64,000 bases of DNA, taken from NCBI GenBank assembly GCA_016703625.1, contig JADJBP010000001.1, positions 837,129 to 901,128 on the forward strand. The letters run 5' to 3'. A model generated the notes under the pieces. The model made no database searches, was not told the origin of the DNA, and was given only the letters and a program-made list of their open reading frames with translations. Of the stretch, positions 39,521-49,214 are shown one piece after another. Positions within the stretch are counted from its first letter, which is position 1. Every line of letters begins with the position of its first letter. Both the position numbers and the translations under genes were made by a program. Source of the DNA: Chitinophagaceae bacterium (lineage in GTDB: Bacteria; Bacteroidota; Bacteroidia; Chitinophagales; Chitinophagaceae).

Positions 39521-39566
39521 AAAAAAACGAGAAACAACAAAACGTATAACGAGAAACCAGAAACGG
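39521..39566. repeat. Inverted AGAAACG array (right arm flanking the four-helix-bundle gene)
   Basis: aaaaaaacgagaaacaacaaaacgtataacgagaaaccagaaacgg. Its reverse complement aligns with 39052..39101 (for example 16 of 19 positions over cgtttctNgtttctcgNt). Confidence 0.8.
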
Positions 39567-39571
39567 TGTTT

Positions 39572-41027
39572 TTAATATTGTATACAAACATTTTTCGCTT
39601 CTGTAAAAAAACGCAATGCTTCCCATCCGCCTTCTCTTCCTACACCGCTGTTCTTCATACCGCCAAACGGTGTACGCAGGTCCCTCACCAGCCAACAGTT
39701 CACCCAAACAATACCACATTCAATTTTTGCTGCCATGCGGTTTGCTTTGCTGATATCCTGTGTCCAGATGGTAGCAGCCAGGCCATAATTTGTTGCATTG
39801 GCCAACGCGATCGCTTCTTCTTCTGTGTCAAAAGGCTGTATGGTAACTACCGGGCCAAAAATTTCTTCCTGGTTGGTTTTGCAGTTTTGATCCAGGCCTT
39901 CAATGATGGTGGGTTCTACAAAATAACCACCTGCACACCTGCCGGTTAACTGTACTGCATGCCCACCACATAAAACAGTTCCGCCTTCATCTTTGGCAAC
40001 AGCTATACAATTCATTATTTTTTCAAAATGTACTTTGCTTACAAGGGCGCCCTGTTTTGAGTTTTCATCAAGCGGGTCACCAACGGTTAGTTTTTTTGCA
40101 ATGGGAATAAAATGTTTTTTAAAATTTTCATACGCTGTTCTTTCCAGCAATATCCTGCTTCCACATAAACATATTTGTCCCTGGTTACCGAATGAAGACC
40201 TTATCGTTTCTGTGAGCATTTTTTCCCAGTTACAATCATTAAAAATAATGTTGGGGTTTTTACCGCCCAGTTCCAGGGATAATTTTTTAAACATAGGGGC
40301 AGCAATGCCGGCTATGCGTTCGCCTGCTTTTGTACTGCCGGTAAAAGAAATTGCTTTTATGTCGGGGTGTTTTACAATGGCCTCGCCGCAATGTTGTCCT
40401 ACGCCATGTATAATATTCAGTACCCCATCCGGCAAACCGGCTTCCTTACATATTTTTCCCAGCAGGAATGCTGTAACAGGGGTTATTTCAGATGGTTTTG
40501 CAATTACACAATTGCCGGCGGCCAATGCCGGTGCAATTTTCCAGGTGAATAAATACAAAGGCAGGTTCCAGGGAGAGATGCAGCCCACAATACCGATGGG
40601 TTGCCGCAGGGTATAGTTCACTGCTTTGTCTTCCATTTGATGGCTCTCGTTTGCAAAATGCATGATGCCTGTTGCAAAAAACCTGAAGTTGGATGCGGCC
40701 CTGGGAATATCAACCACCTTCTTTAACCATAAGGGTTTGCCGTTATCATTGGTCTCTGCCAGTGCCAGCGCTTCCCCGTTTTCATCAATGAGTTCAGCAA
40801 TTTTATTGAGGATGATGAATCTTTTTCAACCGGCAGAACACTCCACGCAGGGAATGCTTTTTTGCGGCTTTCACGGCAATGTCGATGTCTTTGGCATTGC
40901 TGTCGGGGATCTGGCCGTAAACTTCACCGGTAGCCGGGTTTACATTGTCAATAAAATTACCGCTGAGCGGACCGATAAAATTTCCGCCGATAAAATTTTC
41001 AAGGTGATATGGAATATCCAGTTGCAT
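39572..41027 (-). pseudogene. NAD-dependent aldehyde dehydrogenase (context: 2-aminomuconate-6-semialdehyde dehydrogenase), frame broken in a T6 run
   Basis: ORF 40803..41027 (MQLDIPYHLENFIGGNF...AVKAAKK) and ORF 39572..40717 (..ELGGKNPNIIF..NQGQICLCGSR..). Adding one base at 40858..40863 gives AAKKAFPAWSVLPVEKRFIILNKIAELIDENGEALALAETNDNGKPLWLKKVVDIPRAASNF. Confidence 0.8.
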
Positions 41028-41114
41028 ACTTAAAGGTAATTCAAATTAAAATTCTATCCGGTAATTCTCATTCCCGAAAAATTGCTGTAATTTAACCATT
41101 CTAAAATTCAGATC

Positions 41115-41672
41115 ATGTCAATTGCAGCACCTTTTAATTTAAAAAAATGGATCGATGATAACCGCAGCCTGCTGAAACCCCCGGTAGGCAATCAATGTAT
41201 TTATAAAGACGCGGAAAATTTTATAGTGATGATCGTAGGCGGCCCCAACTCCCGTAAAGATTATCATTTTAATGAAACAGAGGAATTGTATTACCAGGTA
41301 GAAGGGGATATTGTTTTAAAGATCATTGAGAATGGTGCACCACGGGATATCCCGATCAATGAAGGGGATATTTTCCTGCTACCGCCAAGAACACCGCATT
41401 CACCACAGCGTGGCCCCGGCACGGTAGGACTGGTGATAGAAAAGGTAAGGGAAACCGAAGAGGACGGATTTTTGTGGTACTGCGAAAACTGCGGCAATAA
41501 ATTGTATGAAGAGTATAAAGTGATCAATGATATTGTAACACAACTCCCGCCGGTGATGGAAGGGTTTTATGCCGATGAACATAAACGTACCTGCAGTAAA
41601 TGCGGTTCGGTGATGGCGCCGCCGGTAAAAGAAGGGTTAATCCGTAAAAACGTTAATCCGTATAAACGTTAA
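41115..41672 (+). CDS. 3-hydroxyanthranilate 3,4-dioxygenase
   Basis: IVGGPNSRKDYHFNETEELYYQVEGDIVLKI...FLLPPRTPHSPQR (cupin), plus a C-terminal rubredoxin-like site CENCGNKL...CSKCGSVM. Confidence 0.9.
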   Translation: MSIAAPFNLKKWIDDNRSLLKPPVGNQCIYKDAENFIVMIVGGPNSRKDYHFNETEELYYQVEGDIVLKIIENGAPRDIPINEGDIFLLPPRTPHSPQRGPGTVGLVIEKVRETEEDGFLWYCENCGNKLYEEYKVINDIVTQLPPVMEGFYADEHKRTCSKCGSVMAPPVKEGLIRKNVNPYKR

Positions 41673-41732
41673 TTCGTATTGACACGAAAACGGATTAACT
41701 AATTAACCAGTTAACGTATTAACCAATTAACT
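41634..41732. repeat. GTTAATCCGT array with inverted ACGGATTAAC / NNATTAAC array; overlaps the 3' end of the dioxygenase CDS
   Basis: gttaatccgt aaaaac gttaatccgt ataaac gttaattcgt ... acggattaac taattaac cagttaac gtattaac caattaac. The 10-bp stem gttaatccgt/acggattaac is perfect. Confidence 0.85.
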
Positions 41733-41744
41733 ATTCTATTCTCC

Positions 41745-42743
41745 ATGAAGATCGATATTCACACCCACATCATGCCCGCGATCATGCCCAACTGGGTACA
41801 TAAATTCGGCTATGGTGAATTTATACACCTGGAACACCGCAACTGCAAGGCCTGCATGATGAAGGGGGATAAAGTTTTCCGAGAGGTGGATGAAAATTGT
41901 TTTGATGCAGGCATCCGTTTAAAGGAAATGGATGAAACCGATGTTACCATACAGGTGCTTTCCACCATACCAGTTTTATTTAACTACTGGGCAGCAGCAA
42001 AAGACGGTTATGAAACCTCCCGCTTTTTTAATGACCATATCACTGATACGGTTTTAAAGAACCCAAAACGTTTTATAGGAATTGGTACGGTTCCAATGCA
42101 GGATATTGACTTGGCCATTAAGGAAATGGAACGATGTGTTGAGGACCTGGACATGCCGGGGCTTGAAATTGGCAGTAACATAAATGGTATTAATTTAAGC
42201 GATGAACAGTTCTTTCCCTTTTACGAAGCGGCTGAAAAGCTTGGCTGTGCATTGTTTGTGCATCCCTGGGAAATGATGGGGGAGCAGCAGATGCAGAAAT
42301 ACTGGCTGCCCTGGCTGGTAGGGATGCCTGGCGAAACTTCCCGTGCCATCTGTTCCATGATCTTTGGCGGGGTATTCGAAAAGTTCCCGAAACTGCGGGT
42401 TGCATTTGCACATGGCGGTGGTTCGTTTCCGTTGACCATCGGAAGGATCGAACATGGGTTTAATGTGCGTCCCGACCTGGTGGCTATTGATAACCCGGTA
42501 AACCCCAGGGATCATATCGGTAAATTCTGGATCGATAGCCTGGTACATGATGAAAAAGCATTGAAATACATCATTGATGTGATGGGGGAGGATACGATCT
42601 GCCTGGGAAGTGATTATCCTTTTCCGTTAGGCGAACATCATCCCGGTAAACTGATCGAAGGGATGAATTTCACGAAACAGCTTTCCAATAAATTATTGTA
42701 TAAAAATGCGCATGACTGGCTGAATATAAAAACTACTCATTGA
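41745..42743 (+). CDS. 2-amino-3-carboxymuconate-6-semialdehyde decarboxylase (amidohydrolase_2)
   Basis: MKIDIHTHIMP..., ..FVHPWEMMG.., AFAHGGGSFP and LGSDYPFPLGE. Confidence 0.9.
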   Translation: MKIDIHTHIMPAIMPNWVHKFGYGEFIHLEHRNCKACMMKGDKVFREVDENCFDAGIRLKEMDETDVTIQVLSTIPVLFNYWAAAKDGYETSRFFNDHITDTVLKNPKRFIGIGTVPMQDIDLAIKEMERCVEDLDMPGLEIGSNINGINLSDEQFFPFYEAAEKLGCALFVHPWEMMGEQQMQKYWLPWLVGMPGETSRAICSMIFGGVFEKFPKLRVAFAHGGGSFPLTIGRIEHGFNVRPDLVAIDNPVNPRDHIGKFWIDSLVHDEKALKYIIDVMGEDTICLGSDYPFPLGEHHPGKLIEGMNFTKQLSNKLLYKNAHDWLNIKTTH

Positions 42744-43690
42744 ACAAATTGGGATAATCCGAAATGATCCCGTCTACGCCCATCTTTTTTAATGCTTCTA
42801 TTTTACTTTTTTCATTCACGGTCCAGGGAATGATCTTCATATTAAGATCATGGCAATCCTTGATCAGGGTTGGAATGACCAATGCTGCTTCCGGGCTGTA
42901 AATGGTTGGGGTAAAGCCCAGGTCTTTCATTTGTTTACGAAAACTGTTGTTGTTACCCGCTTCAATGAGCAGGGCTGTTTTTATGGCGGGGTAATGTTTG
43001 TGCAGGTATTGTAAGGTACGCATGTCAAATGACTGGATAATTACCTGGTCTTCCATTTTGCTGTCTTTGATCTCTTTCATCAGCAGTTCTACAAAGGCAG
43101 CAGGTGCAGGATGATAAATATTATCAGTTACCGGTAAACTCTTGGTCTCAATATTAAAAAAGGGATAAGGCCGCCTGGCTGTCATCATATATTCCTTAAC
43201 TGCATTAAATACATCTGACAACAGTGGTTTTACTGCTTTCATTTTTGCTGATCGGGGAAACGCGGATGAGGTTTCATACCCACATCATATGTGATGATAT
43301 CGGTATAATTCATGTTGTACATATTCAGGCTGCGCTGATCTTTTTCTTCAATAAAACTTCCATTGGGCCTTGTCGTTATTTCATGATTAAAGAATGCTTC
43401 ATGCGAGAGGAACACTTTTTGTCTTTGCTGATGCAGATATCCATTTCTAAAGTAGTTACACCCAGGCCAAGGGCATTGATCATGGCAGGGATGGTATTCT
43501 CGGGCATTAAACCGCGGCAGCCCCGGTGGCCCTGTTTATCAAATGCCTCCCAACCCCCAAGCGGTGTGTTTTCGGGTTCTTTATTCATGGAAGTATTCTT
43601 TTTTGGTGACGAGCAGGATATGAATATAAGAATGATGAAAAATAAATTGAACAGTCTGATATTTTTGATTGGGTTATTTTGCTTTATCAT
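42733..43690 (-). pseudogene. Glycerophosphodiester phosphodiesterase (lipoprotein), frame broken in a T5 run
   Basis: ORF 43376..43690 (FISCSS lipobox, QGHRGCRGLMPENT, LEMDICISKDKK). Adding one base at 43416..43420 gives VFLSHEAFFNHEITTRPNG... and joins ORF 42733..43242 (..FNIETK.., IPWTVNE, GVDGIISDYP). Confidence 0.8.
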
Positions 43691-43746
43691 GCTTTAAAGT
43701 TAATCTCTTTTAAAATATAGGTTTACAGGTTTGCATATAATACAAA

Positions 43747-43767
43747 AGGCATGAAATAATCATGCCT
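43747..43767 (-). terminator. Candidate terminator hairpin after scpB
   Basis: aggcatga aataa tcatgcct. On the minus strand it is followed by tttgtatt. Confidence 0.5.
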
Positions 43768-43792
43768 AAGTGTAAATTGTTTTGAATTGATA

Positions 43793-44592
43793 TTAACTTC
43801 CGGTTTCTTCATCCGGGTTGTTGTCGCCGTTTACTTCTTCAATGATCTCACCCGTTTCAGTAACGGCCAGTATTTTACCCTCATTTTCTGTTATTTCTTC
43901 TTCACCGTTCAACATTTCTTCACCGGCAGTTTCTTCAGTCGCGAACAAGGCATCCGTATTGTCAGCTAAAGGTTCATCTTCAATAGAATTTGTTGCATCC
44001 ATATGATCTTCGGCTTCTTTTACATTGGTAGCCTGTATCAGTTCTTCCATTAATACTTCCGAAATTTTAGGAAGGTCTTCGGCACTGTTGATGCCGAAAT
44101 AATCCATAAAGGATTTTGAAGTGGCATAGATGAGTGGTTTTCCAACGGCATCTTCATTTCTTCCGGATATGATCACAAGGTCTTTTTCAAGCAGTTTCTG
44201 CACGGCATAATCGCAGTTCACCCCACGGATCGATTCTATCTCACTTTTGGTTATCGGTTGCTTGTAAGCAATAATAGCAAGGGTTTCAAGCGCTGCGGTA
44301 GAAAGGCGTTTTAAGAATTTATCGCCATTTAACTGGGCAACCGTTTTATGATATTCTTTTTGGTCAGGAACTGCCAGCCGCCACCGATCTGTCTTAATTC
44401 AAATGCATAAAACTCCGAACTGTATTTTTCGCTGATACCTTCAATGGCGGCATCTACCTGTTCGGCTGTGGCACGGTCTTCAATAAAAGCCAGGGCACTG
44501 TTTACCAGTTCAAGGATCTCATCATTGCCCAGCGGTTTATCGCTGGCAAAAATTAAAGCCTCTATATGCGGAATGATTTCTGAAAGTTCCAT
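43793..44592 (-). pseudogene. scpB: Segregation and condensation protein B, frame broken in a T5 run
   Basis: ORF 44329..44592 (IEALIFASDKPL...GGGWQFLTKK). Adding one base at 44357..44361 gives EYHKTVAQLNGDKFLKRLSTAALETLAIIAYKQPITKSEIESIRGVNCDYAVQKL, joining ORF 43793..44221. There is a long acidic C-terminal tail. Confidence 0.85.
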
Positions 44593-44599
44593 TTTTTAT

Positions 44600-44656
44600 G
44601 TTTGTGGTTTGTGGTTTGTTGTTGGTGGTTTAACCACAAACTAAAAACTGCAAACC
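44600..44656. repeat. GTTTGTG heptamer array with inverted AACCACAAAC partner
   Basis: gtttgtg gtttgtg gtttgtt gttggtg gttt aaccacaaac taaaaactgcaaacc, between the scpB start and the atpG stop. Confidence 0.8.
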
Positions 44657-44658
44657 TT

Positions 44659-45540
44659 TTAACCTTGTAGTGCAGCCGCACCACTCACGATCTCCGTTAA
44701 CTCGGTTGTAATGGCAGCCTGCCTTGCACGGTTATAGCTGATCTTTAATGATTTTAATAATTCGTTGGCATTGTCGCTTGCCTTGTCCATGGCTGTCATA
44801 CGGGCACCATGCTCGCTGGCATTGGCATCCAGCGTAGCTTTAAACAACTGGGTGTTTAAGATCTTCGGCATCAGCTCTGCGATCAAAACATCTTTTCCCG
44901 GTTCAAATATAAAATCAGCATTTTTCTGTCCTTCAGCTTTTGCAACTTTCTGTACGGGTAAGAAGGATTCTGCCACAAAGCGCTGGGTAGCTGCATTTTT
45001 AAATTCGCTGAATACCAGTTCAACGGCATCAATTTCCTTATTGGCAAAAGCATCCATGGCATGTTTGGCAGCAGCCTGTACTTTTTCAAAATTCAGGCCG
45101 GTAAAAATATCCCAGTATTGGTTTACGACCTTATAACCCAGTTTTGTAAAATTCTCATATCCTTTTTTTCCGATCGGAAGTATCTGCACTTTCCCTTTGG
45201 CATGCTGTTGGGGGTATTTTTCGGCGATCACCTGTTTTGCCAGTTTTATGAGGTTACTGTTGTAGCCTCCGCATAAACCACGGTCGCTGGTAACCACGAT
45301 GATCATCACATTTTCTACCGGGCGTTCGGCAGCCAGGGCCATGCTCACATCACCATCGCTGTTGCTCACGATATTGCTGAGCATTTCCTGCAATTTATGC
45401 GCATAAGGGCGCATTTGTGTTATGGCATCCTGTGCACGGCGGAGTTTTGCGGCACTCACCATTTTCATGGCTTTTGTGATCTGCTGTGTGCTCTGCACAC
45501 TCTTTATCCGGTTTCTGACTTCTTTTAAAGCACCACTCAT
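44659..45540 (-). CDS. atpG: F0F1 ATP synthase gamma subunit
   Basis: LKEVRNRIKSVQSTQQITKAMKMVSAAKLRRAQ ... ITTELTEIVSGAAAL. Confidence 0.95.
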   Translation of the reverse strand: MSGALKEVRNRIKSVQSTQQITKAMKMVSAAKLRRAQDAITQMRPYAHKLQEMLSNIVSNSDGDVSMALAAERPVENVMIIVVTSDRGLCGGYNSNLIKLAKQVIAEKYPQQHAKGKVQILPIGKKGYENFTKLGYKVVNQYWDIFTGLNFEKVQAAAKHAMDAFANKEIDAVELVFSEFKNAATQRFVAESFLPVQKVAKAEGQKNADFIFEPGKDVLIAELMPKILNTQLFKATLDANASEHGARMTAMDKASDNANELLKSLKISYNRARQAAITTELTEIVSGAAALQG

Positions 45541-45659
45541 AGTAATATCCTGGTTAAATTAACTATATGCTGCATAGCAGCTTTTAGGCGGGCAAAGGTA
45601 TAAGAAAATTGGCAATTTGCAATTGACCCGGAGCAATTTTAAACTAACAGGTTATATAC

Positions 45660-48497
45660 CTAAAATTGTCCCCTCGGAACCCCCATATTTCTCATATTCA
45701 TACCAGGCGCCGTAGTGCTTTGGCCTGCAAACCTTTGTAAACGGTAGGTGAAAGTGGCTATAAAATAGCGGGTTAACCTGTTTGTCCGGCTGTCGATGAT
45801 CGAATTGGCGGTTACCGTACGGTTGATATTGCTGTTTTGCTTAAAAAGATCAAAAGCCTCGATCCGGATGATACCATTCTTCTTTTTGAACAATTGTTTT
45901 TCCAGTGAAGCATTCATGATCACCTGGTTCCGGCTTACGCTGCTGGCCAAACCGCTGTTGATGGTATAATCAAAATCATATTTTAAGATAAGGGTTTTGG
46001 TAATGTTCACATTGATATTGCTGCTGATGGTCCAGGCATTGCTGGAAGAATTTTGTAAAGTGGACGTTTTGCCCGAAGGGTTCTTATATTTTACATCATT
46101 TAAACTGTAATTGATACCGGTTCCAAACTCCAGGATGTCTTTATAATTATACTCAAAATTAAAGCCCTGGCTTACTATCCAGTTACTGCCGATGTTGCGG
46201 ATACTGTCAACCAGGTTGATATTGTGGTTGTAATTGGCAGTACCTCTCAGCGACAACACATATTTCCTGTTCTTGTATGGTTTTGAAAAAACATAAAAAC
46301 CAAGGAGGTTGTAGTAACCGTTCACATTTTCGGGTATGCTTAACTGTCGGCCTGCACCTTTGTCGATGGTATTGTTAACGATCTGGTTCCTGATGGTGCT
46401 CACTGTTAGGTTGGTGAATAATACCTTGCCGCTCACAAAATTAAAGTTGTTGTAACTGAAATTCATATTGTGGTTCATCGAAGGTTTCAGGTTGGGGTTA
46501 CCCACTGTAATGCTCTGCTGGTTGCTTACATCCTGTACCGGCTGTAACTGGCTGAAACTGGGCTGGGTGGCGTTTCCGTTGTAACTGAAATTGAAAGTTT
46601 TGGTCCTGGAGAAATTATACACAAACCTCGCTATTGGGAAAATGCTGGCACGCCTGATGGTTTTGTAAGCGCTGTCCCTGGTAATGGAATTACCCTGCAG
46701 GTTTACCGGCTGTAAACTTAAACCAACCGTGTAATTGTATTTCTTTTTGGTAGTACGCAGCGATAACCCCACCCGGTTATTGTAAAAATTATTTTCGTAA
46801 TCATTGCTTAAAAAACTGTTCAGTGTTTTTGCCTGCGTAAGAGAATCCACATTGAATGTCTGCCGGTCGTTCCGGCTGTAATTTAAATTGTGCGAATAAC
46901 TGAAATCGAGGCTTTGGGTTTTATTTAAAGGTTCGCTGTAGGTAAAACGAACACCATAATTGTAGTTGTTGTTTTCCTGGTCAATGAACTGGAAATTATT
47001 ACGCGGGCCAATTACTGGCGGAACATACTGGTAACTTAAATTGGTAACATCCTGTTCCGAATTGTTATTCGAAGTACCCAGCGTTATACTGCTGGAAAAA
47101 TTACGGCCGCGTTTACGGAATTTATGATTGTATAAAATGGTAGCTGCCAGGTTGGGCGCCTGCGAGTTATTTAAATTCTTGTTGCTGCCATCACTGGTTT
47201 TTGTGCCATTGGTTTCCAGGTAATCAAAAACGGTGAGGTTATTGGCATCGCTTCCGCTGTAATTTACGCTGGGACTGATCTTCAGGTAATTGAAAGAATC
47301 GATCTGGTATTCAAAATTAAAGGTAAAGCGGTGCGAATTTCCTTTAGTGAGGTTATTTACATCCTGGTTATTGATAAAACTGCTGTTCTCAAAAAAGTTT
47401 TGTGATGATGAGTTTTGCAGCTGGCTGGTATTCCTGTGATTATAGGAGTAACTACCGTACACGCTTATCCTTTTACTCCATTGGTCGCGGTAATTAAAAC
47501 CAAAAGAATTGGTAGTTGATATGCCGCTGTTGCCGGCTCCGCTGAATGCAGATGAATTGCCTCCCTGCATCAGGTTGTTCATACCACCCATGCCGCCCAT
47601 ATCGGTCATAGCGCTCATGCCGCTGCGCATCATGCTGGTAGCGCCACGGTTACCGCCACCTCCAAAATTAAAAAGGGAAGTGTTGGTATTATTGCTGTTG
47701 GCCAATACAGATATCTGCCGGTCGTTATTAAAATAATTGCCGTTAAAGGAAGCCTGGTAACGGTCCTGGGTACCATAACCTGCAGTAGCCCTTCCAAAAA
47801 ATCCTTTGTTCTTGTCTTTTTTGATCTGGATATTCATGATCTTATCCGGGTCGCCATCCTTGATTCCCGAAACAGTGGCCTGGTCGCCATAATCATCAAT
47901 GATCTGTATCTTATCTACAATATTGGCGGGTAATTCTTTGGTGGCTGTTTTTACATCGCCGCCAAAAAAATCCTTGCCGTTCACTTTAACCCGGCTGACT
48001 GCTTTTCCCTGTGCGGTAACATTGCCATCCTTATCAACCTGTACACCGGGTAATTTTTTCAAGAGGTCTTCCACAACGGCTCCTTCTTTTGTTTGAAATG
48101 AAGAAGCATTATATTCAATGGTATCTTCCTTAACTACAATGGCCGGGGCTTCCACTACTACTTCGCTCAGCAGTTTGGCATCCTGTGCCATTACAAAACT
48201 GCCCACATCAATGGTTTTTTCAACTTTGTTTACCGGAACATATTTGGCCCTGGGCCAATAGCCCATGTGGCGGATAATGATCGAAAAATTGGAAGCAGGT
48301 ACTGTCTCAAACCTGAACTGGCCTTTATCATTGGTAAACACATAGCTGGTATCTCCGGGGTTTGATTTTACCACTAAACCGATGACCGCATTTTCAATGG
48401 GCTTCAGTGATGCTGAATCAATAAGGGTACCCTTTACCTGTGCTGTTGAAGTTAATCCTGTAAAAATTACAATACAAGTGAGTAAAAATTTGCCCAT
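45660..48497 (-). CDS. Outer-membrane beta-barrel protein with an N-terminal CarboxypepD_reg-like domain (TonB-dependent-receptor-like)
   Basis: Signal peptide, then VKGTLIDSASLKPIENAVIGL...YVFTNDKGQFRF (carboxypeptidase regulatory fold), a plug-like region, an Asn/Ser/Tyr-rich barrel and the C-terminal FIATFTYRLQRF. Confidence 0.8.
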   Translation of the reverse strand: MGKFLLTCIVIFTGLTSTAQVKGTLIDSASLKPIENAVIGLVVKSNPGDTSYVFTNDKGQFRFETVPASNFSIIIRHMGYWPRAKYVPVNKVEKTIDVGSFVMAQDAKLLSEVVVEAPAIVVKEDTIEYNASSFQTKEGAVVEDLLKKLPGVQVDKDGNVTAQGKAVSRVKVNGKDFFGGDVKTATKELPANIVDKIQIIDDYGDQATVSGIKDGDPDKIMNIQIKKDKNKGFFGRATAGYGTQDRYQASFNGNYFNNDRQISVLANSNNTNTSLFNFGGGGNRGATSMMRSGMSAMTDMGGMGGMNNLMQGGNSSAFSGAGNSGISTTNSFGFNYRDQWSKRISVYGSYSYNHRNTSQLQNSSSQNFFENSSFINNQDVNNLTKGNSHRFTFNFEYQIDSFNYLKISPSVNYSGSDANNLTVFDYLETNGTKTSDGSNKNLNNSQAPNLAATILYNHKFRKRGRNFSSSITLGTSNNNSEQDVTNLSYQYVPPVIGPRNNFQFIDQENNNYNYGVRFTYSEPLNKTQSLDFSYSHNLNYSRNDRQTFNVDSLTQAKTLNSFLSNDYENNFYNNRVGLSLRTTKKKYNYTVGLSLQPVNLQGNSITRDSAYKTIRRASIFPIARFVYNFSRTKTFNFSYNGNATQPSFSQLQPVQDVSNQQSITVGNPNLKPSMNHNMNFSYNNFNFVSGKVLFTNLTVSTIRNQIVNNTIDKGAGRQLSIPENVNGYYNLLGFYVFSKPYKNRKYVLSLRGTANYNHNINLVDSIRNIGSNWIVSQGFNFEYNYKDILEFGTGINYSLNDVKYKNPSGKTSTLQNSSSNAWTISSNINVNITKTLILKYDFDYTINSGLASSVSRNQVIMNASLEKQLFKKKNGIIRIEAFDLFKQNSNINRTVTANSIIDSRTNRLTRYFIATFTYRLQRFAGQSTTAPGMNMRNMGVPRGQF

Positions 48498-48620
48498 AAA
48501 ATAGAGTTAATATACGAATAATTTCGTGTAAATGTAGACTTTGAAATTAATAAGTATGAATTAATTTTTATGAATGGTAGTGTTTTGGGGATTTCTTAAC
48601 ATTTTGGCAAATAGCTGAAT

Positions 48621-49214
48621 TTAAAAAGCATACACCAAAGACACCGAACCCGGCCCGGCATTCAAAGTGATCTTATCAACCAAACCATTCAGTTTTTTAC
48701 CATGCTTACGGTGAATGGCATAATTAATGGCATCAAATACCAGTAAAAAGCCGCCCTGCAGCATAATGGAATTGCCGTAGCCTTTGAATTTGGCAGGATT
48801 TTTTTGGTTATCGCTCAGCTTATTCATAGCTAAACCGCCGCCAATATAAAGTACATCCAGGCCGGTATTGATCAGGAAGGTCTTTTCACTTTTATTCTGG
48901 TGTTTTAGTACAGAAGCTATAGTGGGATTATCGATTTTTTCCCTGCCTGCACCCCAATAACCGAGGCCGGCAATGGCGAGGTTAATACCGCCCCACATCA
49001 CATTCATCTGGTGAAAATAGCGCATTTCCGTATTGCTGGTGTTGGTGGCAATGCCGCTAGCAATGATATTGGCAGCCGACCATCCGGCTAAAACCTTCAT
49101 GGCATTTTTACTGTAACCTACACGTTCTTTTTCAAATTTAAGCAGGTCAACCTGTTGCGGATAAACAGTTAAAGAAACACATACCAGGCTTATTAAAAAC
49201 ATTGATTTTAGCAT
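48621..49214 (-). CDS. Hypothetical membrane protein
   Basis: 197 aa with a signal peptide and about 4 hydrophobic segments. No motif recognised. Confidence 0.5.
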   Translation of the reverse strand: MLKSMFLISLVCVSLTVYPQQVDLLKFEKERVGYSKNAMKVLAGWSAANIIASGIATNTSNTEMRYFHQMNVMWGGINLAIAGLGYWGAGREKIDNPTIASVLKHQNKSEKTFLINTGLDVLYIGGGLAMNKLSDNQKNPAKFKGYGNSIMLQGGFLLVFDAINYAIHRKHGKKLNGLVDKITLNAGPGSVSLVYAF

